Source: Macrostomum hystrix (taxonomy: Eukaryota > Animalia > Platyhelminthes). Taken from it: a stretch of DNA of 64,000 nt. The position numbers and the translations under genes are program-made. Shown here piece by piece: positions 24,717-37,214 of the stretch; position 1 is the first letter of the stretch, and the number at the start of each line of letters is the position of its first letter. The stretch spans positions 1,922,001 through 1,986,000 of the forward strand of contig CATNEN010000030.1 in the NCBI GenBank assembly GCA_950097015.1, given 5' to 3'. The notes under the pieces are model-generated. The model had not been told where the DNA came from. It ran no database searches and saw only the letters and a list, made by a program, of their open reading frames with translations.

Positions 24717-26652
24717 GATTCTCATAAGACAACTCGTACCTTCAGATACTCGCCTTATCTCGGGTCGTGTTAGTTACAATGGCTTTGAAGCTTGCAGTTT
24801 GACTGCGTTGTTGTTCTCTGTGCATGTTAGGCCTAGTTCTATTACTTTAATAGTCATCCTTCCTTTTCGTTGAGTGATATGCCTTTTGTCTCCTGCTCAT
24901 CTATTTGTATGATTTGCGTCAAATACATTTTAGCGAGTTTTGCGAATTTCGATATATATTTTATATTTGTACTTTCTCTGGCACACAACACTAACAGCGT
25001 ACTTTTCGCTATGCCTACATAGTTTTCTGTAATCATCAGATTGTGGTCACGAATTATATAATACAAGCCATGAAAATACGAAGTAGTTCCGATTTTGTGA
25101 AAAAAATGTTTTTTTGAATGCATCAACCATGGCAGCAGCTTAGAAATTTAGCGCCAGTCTATTCTAGTCTATTCTGTTATGAGAATAGACTAGAAACAGA
25201 AACAGAAAATCTAAAATAAGTCTTAAATTTCCATTCAGCTTTAAAATGTGGCAGCGCGGACATGCCAAAAGCAATATTTTTTGTTTTATTCGGCAATTTT
25301 TCTGTCACAAACTGGTATGTACGACTTATAATAGTTCTGATTGTGGGACAATTTGGACAATGCACCAAGGCTAAACAAAGATCATTGCTTTATTGCACCT
25401 AAGAGAAATTGCACTGATCAGCAACGGGTGAGCTGATTCCAATATCCTAACGATTGTTAAGGATTTTCTCAGCCGCCATCAACCCATCCAAGGTAGGCGA
25501 CAATAAAGGGTGACAGCCACCTCGGTACGTCATTCACAGAGAAACAATTCAGCATTGCTAGCTTAGGACTAAGGATAATGGAGAAAAGTAGCAAAAAAGT
25601 AAACCGATTAAGCGCAAAGCCGGTGGCCAAAGAAGACAAAAAGAAGCAGTACAGAAGTAAAGTAAAGGTTATGATGTACCTGGACTGCACATTGACATTT
25701 AACACCAATATTTTTGGCTTTAACTTAGACACAAAACAACAGTTACAGAAGAACAACAAGTGTGTTATTACTAAACACATCCCCTGTTTAGCAATAGGAA
25801 AGAATATGATGGACACCTTATAGTCAGAAGTTTTAAAACTTAGATAACAATCTCCTATCTATAATAATTTGAGCACGTGACGCTTCTCATCCAATAAAGT
25901 TCAGAGATTAGGATTAGTAGTTTAGATTCAAAGCCCTAAATTTGTTAAAAGGAATTCATTTTAATTTCCAAAAAAGACAAGAAAAGCTGATTAGATATAA
26001 CAGCTGCGTGACAATTCCCCAAATCTAGCATTTCGTTGTAAAATAATTTTTTTTTCTCAAACATTTGCCAAAAAGGAGCGACGAATTAAAAATTGAGGAA
26101 AAATTCAGTTGGGAGAATAATTGTGTTCACGTTTGTGTAATCCGAGATGGGCCTCTAGAAGACCAATCAAATCGACAACAACAAGGCTAGGCAAAATGCG
26201 TAACTACTCAATAACAGCAAGAGTACACATTTTTGGGAGAGAAATAGAGAATAGAGAAGGTATTGATTGCGCAATACACGGTGGCCTATTGAAGCAAAAA
26301 TGTGGGTTAAGCGGACAGACACTTCTAAATCAGTAAAAGAACATATCGAATTAACGACAGACAATTCACACAGTGACCTAACTGTAAAATGTTAATGAGT
26401 GCTTTGGTGGCTACTGCATTAGTAGTAGTAGTAGGATAGACGATTTGCAATATTTTTTGCTAGTTTTTTTAATAAAAGTGTGAAATATTTACGTTTCCTC
26501 TGAGTGTTTGCCACATATTGCTTTCCTCACCAACGTGCGCTATAGCACTCACTAGACCATGGGCTGACGGACTGCAATCGTACGCTCGTAATATCGATTA
26601 AATGATCACTAACTTTCTCACTGACGTCACTTTCAACAAACCAGATAGCTGA

Positions 26653-29600
26653 TTAGGCGGCCGCCTTGTTGGACTCCATCGCCACCATGACGACATCGTT
26701 TCCAACCTTCTCTGACGACTTCTCTCCGTTGGCGTCGGCTGACGCGGCAGCGGCAGCGGCGCCGTCGACACCGCCTTCGACCGCCAGCTGCTTCTGCTGC
26801 TTCAGATCGTCGGCGCACATGAAGTGCGTGAAGGCGGCGCAGTACAGGTGCGACAGGCCGATCGAGCCCGAGCGCATGCGGTCGCTGAAGTTTGTGAGTT
26901 GAAAAATTTGCAAATATTCAAGAAATAAATAAACTACACTGTCTATGGTTAAATTGCCATTCTTTTAATGCATTAACTAATTTCGCGCCCGCTGTCTGCT
27001 TTTGCAGAGTTGCTTTTGCTTTTTCTGTGGACGAAGGAGCGAAGCCCCCTCATTTCAACCATAGACAAAATGGCTCGAGTAAAAGAACAGACAATCTAAT
27101 ATAGCTTTTTTCAGCCTATTTGGGCTTACGCGCATTTAATTTAATCCGGGATATGTTTGTCAATGTAACTGAGCTTTAGTCTGTGGTCACAAGGGTGGCG
27201 CAGCAGCATTTAATTTAGTCCAAGAAGCATCAATTTGGTCCATAGCGGCTCTCTAACTTCAGTCCTAGATTTTTAATCGATTTAGAATTAACATGACGGA
27301 CACAAGCAGTGAGGACGAAAGCAATTCTTCATTTGCAACTGCTGCGGAGGAACAAGATCAGCCCCAGAATCGTGGACCATATGCTAGACTATCGAATGAG
27401 CGCCACGGACTTGTGATCGAAGCACTCGACAGAGGTGAACACCCAAATGACATTGCAAGGTTGCTGAATGTCAAAGAAAAGACTATTTATAGCATCCGTC
27501 AGCGGGTTGAAACTACTGGCAGAAGAGATCGTCTGCGAAGGGGCGGCAACCGCCAAAGCAAGTTGTTGGAGCCTCAGGTCCAACTGCTACTAGATGCAAT
27601 TGAAGCAAACCCTCTGTTGACGTTGCAGCAAATGCAGCAGAAGTTGAACCAACAGTTTCAGTTGGTTGTCAGCATTTCGACTATCAGCAGAGCTCTGGAA
27701 AAGCGACTGATAACACTGAAAATTCTTGGAAGAGACGCTGACATTCCAATGGTACGCAACAGCCATCAGACGGTTGCGAGAAGGCAGGAATTTGCTGAAT
27801 GGCTAACGGCTCTTGACCCTGCGGTTCATCTGGTTTATCTAGACGAGACTGGATTCAACATTTGGACTCGAAGAACGCAAGGTCGTGGTCGCCGAGGTCA
27901 GCGCATACGGCGCACCGTTCATTCTCAGCGGGGTCATCAAGTGAATGTACTGCAAGCAATTTCACCAACCATCGGACTTGTCTACCACAAAGTTGTGAGC
28001 CAGACTATGACCGCAGATCTGTTTCAGCAGTGCATTAATGAGCTGGTGCAGTCTCTACTTGAAGTTCATGGACTGGATGCCCAACAGCAGGTGCGCATCA
28101 TTATGGATGGTGCGCGGTTTCATAATGGAGCCCGGATGCCAGAAGTACATCAGGACAGGATCCAGCTCATTCAATTGCCACCATACTCTCCGTTTCTGAA
28201 TCCCGTTGAGGCTGCCCATTCCTGCCTGAAGTCTGTAATCAAGCAGGAGCTCAGTGACCCGACCACCCAACTAGAGCTGGACCAACCGCCTCCTAACACC
28301 ACCCTTGGCCAATGGCGAGTACTGGTACTACACCGCATTGCCGAGGCCGCTACAGCCTCCATCACACCTTTGAAGTGTGCGGGTTGGTACCGGCAGATGC
28401 TGCGCTTCATGCCTGCTTGCATGACAGGAGAAAATGTAAATTAAACTCGCTTTCGTCTTCTTCAGCGATGTTTTGACAATTAGAAAATTATTGTTTGTTC
28501 TTGCAATATTTCAGCAAATTCCAGTTGTTATTTTTCCTGGCGTTTTTAAATGGAAAGTTGCTTAAATAAACTGCATTACAAAGTTGTAACTCGTGATTAG
28601 GTTTCGTTGGACCTATGGACCAAATTGATGCTTGTTGGACTAAATTAAATGCTGCTGCGCCACCCTTGTGACCACAGACTAAAGCTCAGTTACTTTGAAA
28701 AACATATCCCGGATTAAATTGAATGCACGTAAGCCCAAATGGGCTGAAAAAAGCTATATATAATATATAAGCTTGCATGCTGAGAATTTTCTGCGCAATC
28801 TTGGGCTATAAAGGTATCGTACAAGCCATAGACATCTTGGAGTTGGATAACTCACAGCAGCCAGTCCACAGCGTAGAGCAGCCCAACCTCAGTCTCGGAG
28901 ATGCCAACCGATGTCAGAATGGTGACTAGGATCACCAGACTAGCCGAGGGGATGTTTGGCAGGGCTAGCATTGCGGACGACACCAGCAGGACGATGACAA
29001 CGATGGTGCCGACGGTAACATTGTAGCTAGTCATCTGGGCGAGGAACACGGCGGCCACAGCGATGAAGCAAGCGCTGCCGTCGCCTTTGATCGCGGCGGC
29101 GAACGGGATGACGAAGCGCGAGACCTCCTGCCTGAGGCCGTAGCGGTCGCAGCATTCGATCATCTCCGGGATGGCGACGACACTGAGGAGGGGTGAATTT
29201 TGTTAAGCGTTTTTTTCGATTTCGATTTCTTGATTTGCCAACCAGTTAAGCACGTGTGCTTGATTTTCACTCACGGCGCTGTGGTGGCAAACGAGATGAA
29301 CCAGGAGCGCACGGTATTGGGCAGGAAGTAGATCGGATTCTTCCTGGACACCACAATGAACACCACCTGCAGCAGGATGAAGTGCACGCCCAGCCCGACT
29401 GTCACGCTCAGGATGAAGAGGCTCAGCTTCATGAAGGTGCCCCAGGGATCCACGATGGACACCACCGAAGCGGCGATCATGAAACAGACGCCAGGCGGCG
29501 TCAGCCTTGAATTGCGGGGGACGGAACCGCTATACAATCTGCGTTGACAAACTTATACGGATTGCGGGCCAGGTTTATATAGACAATAGCGGATGGATGA

Positions 29601-32600
29601 CCAGTAATGATAAGACGAGAGATGAGACAGGGGAGAGACGAAACAGGAGAATGATGAGACACAGGAGAGATGAGACTCGGAGAGATAAGTCATGAGAAGA
29701 TAAGAAATTTTGGAGACAAAACATTGGAGTGTTTGAAGGGTCCAGTAGGTTAGATTTAGGGTTGGCGAGTTGGCGAGTGTTTATGGAAATTACCTAAATT
29801 GCTAAAACATGCTACTGGCTTCACTAATCAGTAGAGAAGTTAGAATACGACGAACTAAATAAGTCAAGCCTCACCAGATGAACCAGCGCATCACTTTGAT
29901 CACCACGTGGGACAACGACTGGAAGAAGGCGATGAAAGGCTTGCCCTGCTCGCCAGTGGTGCGGGCAGCCATGCCGAACACGGCAGCGCAGAAGATCACG
30001 CCAATCATGTTCACAGAGGAAGAATTCGTCATGATTCTTTCGTCGATAATGCTAGTAGAATTGTCCAGCAGGCCCAGTTCGGCTAGCTTGCCCTTCAGCG
30101 GCACGCTGTACACAGTCTGAGTTTTGTACAGGGCCACGCCCACCAGATTGTCCGGGAAGATATTGAACAGTAGATCGGCGAACACGTCCGACGAAGTCAG
30201 CTTGGCAATCTTGGGCCCAACTGTGCCGTTGCCGGCTTGCGTTGGGGCTCGGTTGATGCCTGGCAACACGGCCGAGATGCAAGCAATGTGTTTGGCTCAG
30301 CACTCACTTTGCATGGCCCGTTCCGAAAATATCTTCCGTGTCTTATATCTCCTGTGTGTCATCTCTTCCGTGTCTCATCTCTCCTGTGTCTCATCTCTCC
30401 TGTCTCAGCTCTCCCGTGTCTCATCTCTCCCGTGTCTCATCTCTTCTTTGTCTCATCTCTCCCGTGTCTCATCTCTTCTGTGTCTCATCTCTCCTGTGTC
30501 TCATCTCTCCTGTCTCATCTCTTCTGTGTCTCATCTCTCGTGTCTTATCTCTGCTGTGTCTCATCTCTCCCGTGTCTCATCTCTCCTGTGTCTCATCTCT
30601 CCTGTCTCAGCTCTCCCCTGTCTCATCTCTTCTTTGTCTCATCTCTCCCGTGTCTCATCTCTTCTGTGTCTCATCTCTCCCGTGTCTCATCTCTCCTGTC
30701 TCTCATCTCTCCCGTGTCTCAGCTCTCCCGTGTCTCTTCTCTCCTGTCTCAGCTCTCCTTGTCTCATCTCTCCCGTGTCTCATCTCTCCTGTCTCATCTC
30801 TCCCGTGTCTCATCTCTCCTGTCTCATCTCTCCCGTGTCTCATCTCTCCCGTGTCTCATCTCTTCTTTGTCTCATCTCTCCCGTGTCTCATCTCTCCTGT
30901 GTCTCATCTCTCCTGTGTCTCATCTCTTCTGTGTCTCATCTCTCGTGTCTTATCTCTGCTGTGTCTCATCTCTCCCGTGTCTCATCTCTCCTGTCTCAGC
31001 TCTCCCCTGTCTCATCTCTTCTTTGTCTCATCTCTCCCGTGTCTCATCTCTTCTGTGTCTCATCTCTCCCGTGTCTCATCTCTCCTGTCTCTCATCTCTC
31101 CCGTGTCTCATATCTCCCGTGTCTCAGCTCTCCCGTGTCTCTTCTCTCCTGTCTCAGCTCTCCTTGTCTCATCTCTCCCGTGTCTCATCTCTCCTGTCTC
31201 ATCTCTCCTGTGTCTCATCTCTTCTTTGTCTCATCTCTCCCGTGTCTCATCTCTCCTGTCTCATCTCTCCCGTGTCTCATCTCTCCTGTTTCGCATCTCT
31301 CCAGTGTCTCATCTCTCCCGTGTCTCATCTCTTCTTTGTCTCATCTCTCCCGTGTCTCATCTCTCCTGTGTCTCATCTCTCCTGTGTCTCATCTCTTCTG
31401 TGTCTCATCTCTCGTGTCTTATCTCTGCTGTGTCTCATCTCTCCTGTGTCTCATCTCTCCTGTCTCATCTCTTCTGTGTCTCATCTCTCGTGTCTTATCT
31501 CTCCTGTGTCTCATCTCTCCTGTGTCTCATCTCTTCTGTGTCTCATCTCTCGTGTCTTATCTCTGCTGTGTCTCATCTCTCCCGTGTCTCATCTCTCCTG
31601 TCTCATCTCTTCTGTGTCTCATCTCTCGTGTCTTATCTCTCCTGTGTCTCATCTCTCCTGTGTCTCATCTCTTCTGTGTCTCATCTCTCGTGTCTTATCT
31701 CTGCTGTGTCTCATCTCTCCTGTGTCTCATCTCTCCCGTGTCTCATCTCTCCTGTCTCTCATCTCTTCCGTGTCTCATCTCTTCCGTGTCTCATCTCTTC
31801 CGTGTCTCAGTTCTCCCTTTCTCAGCTCTCCCCTGTCTCATCTCTCCCGTGTCTCATCTCTCCTGTGTCTCATCTCTCCCGTGTCTCATCTCTCCCGTGT
31901 CTTATCTCTTCTGTGTCTCATCTCTCCAATGTCTAATCTCTATCGTATCTTTTTCCCCATCTCTACCTTGTTTCATCGCTCCTGTGTCATCACACATGTG
32001 TCTCATCTCTCCACATGTACTATGTGCGTGCATTGTTAGCATTTTACATAGAGTTATTTGTTATTTTCTAGTCCCCAGTTTAAAGTCGCAAGGGTCGCCT
32101 TTAGCCCCTGCAAAAGACCCTGGGTGAACATAGTTCAGAATTAGGCACCTCGACACTTCCTAACCCAACTGGAAATTCTTTTAGTCCTGATAAGAGAACC
32201 GGTTTATCTGACCCGAACACAGCTCTCTGTCTAATATTAGCTGGCACTGAGAATATGACAGCCGCACCGGAACAGGACAAGCGGTCTGGCGGGTTTTTAA
32301 CACTTTTTATCATTTCGCTAATAACTTTTGGCATGCAAGGGCATCGTGCTACTGTGAACACAGTTGTAATGGTAGCGCTAAATAATTAACCACCTCTTCT
32401 CACCTGCAGCTTAATTATGAGTGCCAGAATGCAACCCTACCCGCCTCTTTACACCTGACTTACTTAGCTGAGTGCTAGAAGGCAACCCTATCCCACCCCT
32501 TCTCACCTGACTTAATTAGCTGAGTGGTAGAAGGCAACATATGCCGCCTCTTCACACCTGGATTAAATATGAGTGCCAGAATGCAACCCTACCCCGCCTC

Positions 32601-33370
32601 TTTACACCTGACTTAATTATGAGTGCCAGAATGCAACCCTACCCCGCCTCTTTACACCTGGCTTAATTAGCTGAGTGGTAGAAGGCAACCTATCCCGCCT
32701 CTTCACACCTGGATTAAATATGAGCGCTAGAAGGCAACCCTAACCCACCCCTTTTCCCCTCACCTGGCCTAATGATGAGCGCTGTCAGGCAGCCAATCAG
32801 AGCCGATCCAACGTTGGCCACGATGATGTAGCCAAATGAGACCAGGCTGATCTTGCCATTCACCTTGGGATCCAGGTTCGCTGAGACTGCAAAAAATAGT
32901 AGGGGTTTCCGAATTTGTTTTTCTTGCCACTATCCTAGAAATTGAATGTCTATAATATGCTTCAAATCAACTTACCAACAACAACATTGGCGGCAATCAG
33001 TGGCAAAATGGTCAGTTTTAGCAGTCGGATAAATATTTCACCTGGCATGCCTGGAATGAGAATCAGCCAATGGCGTCACAAGTGCGTCGTCTTGTTCTAG
33101 AGCGTGAATAAATCAAGCTCGCTAAAAGGACTCACTCAGCCAAAGCAGGAACTGTGAGGTCCTGTCCTCTTCGGCGACTGCCAGCCGGATGATCAGGCCG
33201 ATAAAGAAGCCTAGAAGTACGCCACCGATGGTGCCAATCATGAACATGTTGTCCTTTACGAACTTGACCGCCTTCTGGCACCTGGTGAGCTGAACTATCT
33301 GCATCTCCGGCTCCAGGAGACCCTCGGCCTCCTTTGTTTCAGCATTCTTCTTCTCGTCGGTTGTTGACAT
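26653..33370 (-). CDS. Divergent SLC1 (EAAT/ASCT/GltP-fold) transporter; exons 33370-33136, 33050-32976, 32886-32764, 30259-29875, 29505-29275, 29182-28856, 26884-26653
   Basis: All six introns are GT-AG with consistent phases. SLC1 hallmarks: MPGEIFIRLLKLTILPL, LIIRPG, DLLFNIFPDNLV, NMIGVIFCAAVFG, VSRFVIPFAAAIKGDGSA, IPSASLV, VDWLLDRMRS. Confidence 0.95.
27102..28756 (+). mobile_element. Full-length IS630-Tc1-mariner superfamily DNA transposon in SLC1 intron 6
   Basis: 144-bp TIRs (27102-27245 and 28613-28756) with 6 mismatches, flanked by TA; encloses one intact ORF. Confidence 0.95.
27293..28444 (+). CDS. DDE transposase (IS630/Tc1-like, DD33E spacing), 383 aa
   Basis: Two HTH-like N-terminal segments; catalytic motifs YLDETG, IMDGARFH and LPPYSPFLNPVE; 33 residues between the second D and the E. 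Confidence 0.95.
   Translation: MTDTSSEDESNSSFATAAEEQDQPQNRGPYARLSNERHGLVIEALDRGEHPNDIARLLNVKEKTIYSIRQRVETTGRRDRLRRGGNRQSKLLEPQVQLLLDAIEANPLLTLQQMQQKLNQQFQLVVSISTISRALEKRLITLKILGRDADIPMVRNSHQTVARRQEFAEWLTALDPAVHLVYLDETGFNIWTRRTQGRGRRGQRIRRTVHSQRGHQVNVLQAISPTIGLVYHKVVSQTMTADLFQQCINELVQSLLEVHGLDAQQQVRIIMDGARFHNGARMPEVHQDRIQLIQLPPYSPFLNPVEAAHSCLKSVIKQELSDPTTQLELDQPPPNTTLGQWRVLVLHRIAEAATASITPLKCAGWYRQMLRFMPACMTGENVN
30325..31935. repeat. CT-rich minisatellite (gtctcatctctcc(c/t)gt) in SLC1 intron 3
   Basis: Tandem 14-18 bp units; source of the spurious 500-670 aa ORFs. Confidence 0.97.
32395..32765. repeat. ~50-bp minisatellite overlapping the SLC1 exon 3 donor
   Basis: On the - strand each unit carries (c/t)cag|gtg and resembles the exon end ctcatcattaggccag|gtgagg. 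Confidence 0.88.
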
Positions 33371-33415
33371 TGTTGCAGGCGCGGGCTGCGGGACGAGGTC
33401 GAAGTTGTCGGTGGG

Positions 33416-35345
33416 GACCGACATGTTAGACAGGCAACGGACATGTCTGATAGGAGACCGACATGTTTGAAAGGAGAGACCGACATGTTTGATAGGAGAG
33501 ACCGACATGTTTGATAGGAGAGACCGGCATGTCTGATAGGAGAGACCGACATGTCTGATAGGAGAACGACATTTTTGATAGGAGAGACCGACATGTTTGA
33601 TAGGAGAGACCGACATGTTTGATAGGAGACCGACATGTCTGATAGGAGAGACCGACATGTTTGATAGGAGACCGACATGTCTGATAGGAGAGACCGACAT
33701 GTCTGATAGGAGACCGACATGTCTGATAGGAGACCGAAATGTCTGATAGGAGACCGACATGTCTGATAGGAGAGACCGACATGTCTGATAGGAGACCGAC
33801 ATGTCTGATAGGAGACCGACATGTTTGATAGGAGAGACCGACATGTTTGATAGGAGAGACCGACATGTTTGATAGGAGAGACCGACATGTTTGATAGGAG
33901 ACCGACATGTTTGATAGGAGAGACCGACATGTTTGATAGGAGAGACCGACATGTCTGATAGGAGAGACCGATATGTCTGATAGGAGAGACCGACATGTTT
34001 GATAGTAGAGACCGACATGTCTGATAGGAGAGACCGATATGTCTGATAGGAGAGACCGACATGTCTGATAGGAGAGACCGACATGTTTGATAGGAGACCG
34101 ACATGTCCGATAGGAGACCGACATGTCTGATAGGAGAGACCGACATGTCTGATAGGAGACCGACATGTCTGATAGGAGAGACCGACATGTCTGATAGGAG
34201 ACCGACATGTCTGATAGGAGACCGACATGTTTGATAGGAGAGACCGACATGTTTGATAGGAGAGACCGACATGTTTAATAGGAGACCGACATGTTTGATA
34301 GGAGAGACCGACATGTTTGATAGGAGAGACCGACATGTCTGATAGGAGAGACCGATATGTCTGATAGGAGACCGACATGTCTGATAGGAGATCGACATGT
34401 CTGATAGGAGACCGACATGTCTGATAGGAGACCGACATGTTTGATAGGAGAGACCGACATGTCTGATAGGAGAGACCGACATGTCTGATAGGAGAGACCG
34501 ACATGTCTGATAGGAGACCGACATGTTTGATAGGAGACCGACATGTCTGATAGGAGACCGATATGTTTGATAGGAGACCGACATGTTTGATAGGAGAGAC
34601 CGACATGTCTGATAGGAGACCGACATGTTTGATAGGAGACCGACATGTCTGATAGGAGAGACCGACATGTCTGATAGGAGACCGACATGTCTGATAGGAG
34701 AGACCGACATGTTTGATAGGAGAGACCGACATGTTTGATAGGAGAGACCGACATGTCTGATAGGAGACCGACATGTTTGATAGGAGACCGACATGTCTGA
34801 TGGGAGACCGACATGTCTGATAGGAGACCGACATGTTTGATAGGAGAGACCGACATGTCTGATAGGAGAGACCGACATGTCTGATAGGAGACCGACATGT
34901 CTGATAGGAGACCGACATGTTTGATAGGAGAGACCGACATGTCTGATAGGAGAGACCGACATGTTTGATAGTAGAGACCGACATGTTTGATAGTAGACCG
35001 ACATGTCTTAATGGAGAGACCGACATGTCTGATAGGAGAGACCGACATGTTTGATAGGAGAGACCGACATGTTTGATAGGAGACCGACATGTCTGATAGG
35101 AGAGACCGACATGTTTGATAGGAGAGACCGACATGTCTGATAGGAGAGACCGACATGTTTGATAGGAGAGACCGACATGTTTGATAGGAGAGACCGACAT
35201 GTTTGATAGGAGACCGACATGTCTGATAGGAGACCGGCATGTCTGATAGGAGACCGACATGTTTGATAGGAGACCGACATGTCTGATAGGAGACCGGCAT
35301 GTCTGATAGGAGACCGACATGTCTGATAGGAGACCGACATGTTCG
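33416..35345. repeat. 20/22-bp minisatellite (gaccgacatgtctgataggaga)
   Basis: About 90 units; ends ~30 bp before the putative acceptor (33387-33386) preceding the SLC1 ATG. Confidence 0.97.
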
Positions 35346-37214
35346 AATAGAAGGAGATAAGAGATAAGAGAATGTTAGAATTTCTGAGATCAGAAAGACC
35401 GACCACATGTTAGATTAGACACCTGCCTTGTCATTCAGAGTATATCAAGAACTAATCACTTGTACTTTGGCTGATAGGATATAACTAAGGTAAGACGCAG
35501 TCTTTCTATTTCACTGCAGTACACAACGTTGCGTAGATAAAAAATGCTAGAAATAAGATTTTCTAGCATATAAAATATAAATAGTCTAAAACAGACTCTA
35601 GAAGATAAGGATCCAAGTGAATGTTATGTTATTGTAAACATAAATTATTATCCTGTTGACCTGTGCTACTATTTGTTAAACCTAGTAGCAACATCGTTTG
35701 CTTAAAAAGCTCAATGTAAGATAGCCCCCCTTGACCCTGTTAATTAAGCAAGCTGTTTTAAAATATAGAAATGCTTAATTTGAAATCTGACTTTGACAGA
35801 AAATTGACAGACATTTTCCTGTAACCAGTGTCTTACAAGAATCAGAAAGGAAATATCTATAGACTAGTGTAGCTGCTGTGCTGTGTGACACCGCTTTCCT
35901 CGACACAAGAGGCGCCGGCAAAGCTGAAGAACTCGTTTGAACCGGAATCTCTTTCGGGGGGGTATAGTTGCTGGGGTGGGTGGAGACGGCCAGAGTGCCA
36001 ATGTCCCCGCGCGTGTGTCGACGACAGCAATGAGAAACACAGAAATTTGAAAGCTTTGCTTTTAGAACACTCAAAAGATAAGTTTCTTTCGGTGAAGAAA
36101 GTCACGGAGAATAACGTTAATATAAAGTATTGTTGGATTTACCTCAACAATTTTTTTTCCCACGAGGCACGAAGAGGGACGAACGATCCTTAAGCGGCTC
36201 TGTTTTTGTCTTATTTTCTACACAGCCTGGCCACATGCGTTGAATTGTGGAATATAAAGGCAGTGTGAATTTGGGAAGCGGGGTTGGGGTTGAGGATCTT
36301 TCCTAGGGCGTACAGGGCTGCGCGTGAGAACCGATTGGGGGTGGCCTGGCCACTGCGCCCTTTCATTTCTTCTCTTCCCTCTCCCTTCACGTTAGTTTGA
36401 ATGTACGCAGTCGGCTGGCCGGCGATTTTCATTGGCTAGCTGAGCGTGTGTGTGTGCGCCGGCCCTCAAGTCGTCAAGGCCAACAGAATTTCATAGCCGG
36501 GTGGAAGCTAGCGTGCCCTCAAATTGCATTTCGTCATCTTTAAAAAACACCATCTCCCATTAGCTGTACCTTTCTTCCCCACTCTAAATTTGTGTTGTTT
36601 TTTGTTTCTAAGCCTGTACTTTCAAGGCCAAGTCACGCTGGTTAGGCATGCAAAATTCGTCTGAGCTAAAATCACCGCCCACGCTTAAGATCTGATCTTC
36701 TTCCGGTCTAGAGTGAGAAATCAATCATCAATTTTTATAGATTTCCAAAATAAATCTTAAGAGACAGCTACCAAGGACGAATTAATCGAAACTGTTTTTA
36801 GCGGGCCAAACAGTACAGGCCGCGAGCACGAGGGTCCCTGCTGACTGATGCAATCTAACAGACTGGCATAAACACACGGAGTGAGAGACAGGAGGGCCCG
36901 CTGGCAATGGAAGTTGGTTCACATTTCGTCGGCTATAGGCAGATTCCGTTAAAAAATAATATGATCTGTTAAGGCGTTCTGTTTCTGGAAAATTTATCGT
37001 GAGAATCTTCAAAAGCCGAGTCTTTGATGATATTGCATTGGATTGATATTCATAAATGTACATTTTCCCAGACACAGACACAGAACTGTGCGCGAAGAGC
37101 ATGGCTAAAGATGAGAGATTTGGAACATTTCAGAATAAAAAAAGTTTACACTTTACCAATCAGCGTTTAGTGGTAAGCGTTCAGCATCGATAATTTTGCA
37201 ACGATTATTTAGTG

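Noticed and set aside
24854-26364. Short ORFs (63-115 aa) and a 13-bp stem hairpin near 25163-25195
   Set aside because: AT-rich, no motifs, no consistent splice chain; the hairpin lacks supporting Helitron or MITE ends.
26622-26629. Perfect CRE palindrome TGACGTCA (also near 45069 and 53574)
   Set aside because: Isolated 8-mers in a 3' flank and an intron; no evidence of function despite the nearby ATF-type genes.
30124-35408. 532-732 aa ORFs on both strands
   Set aside because: Minisatellite read-through; only the last ~80 codons of the 732-aa ORF are real (SLC1 exon 1).
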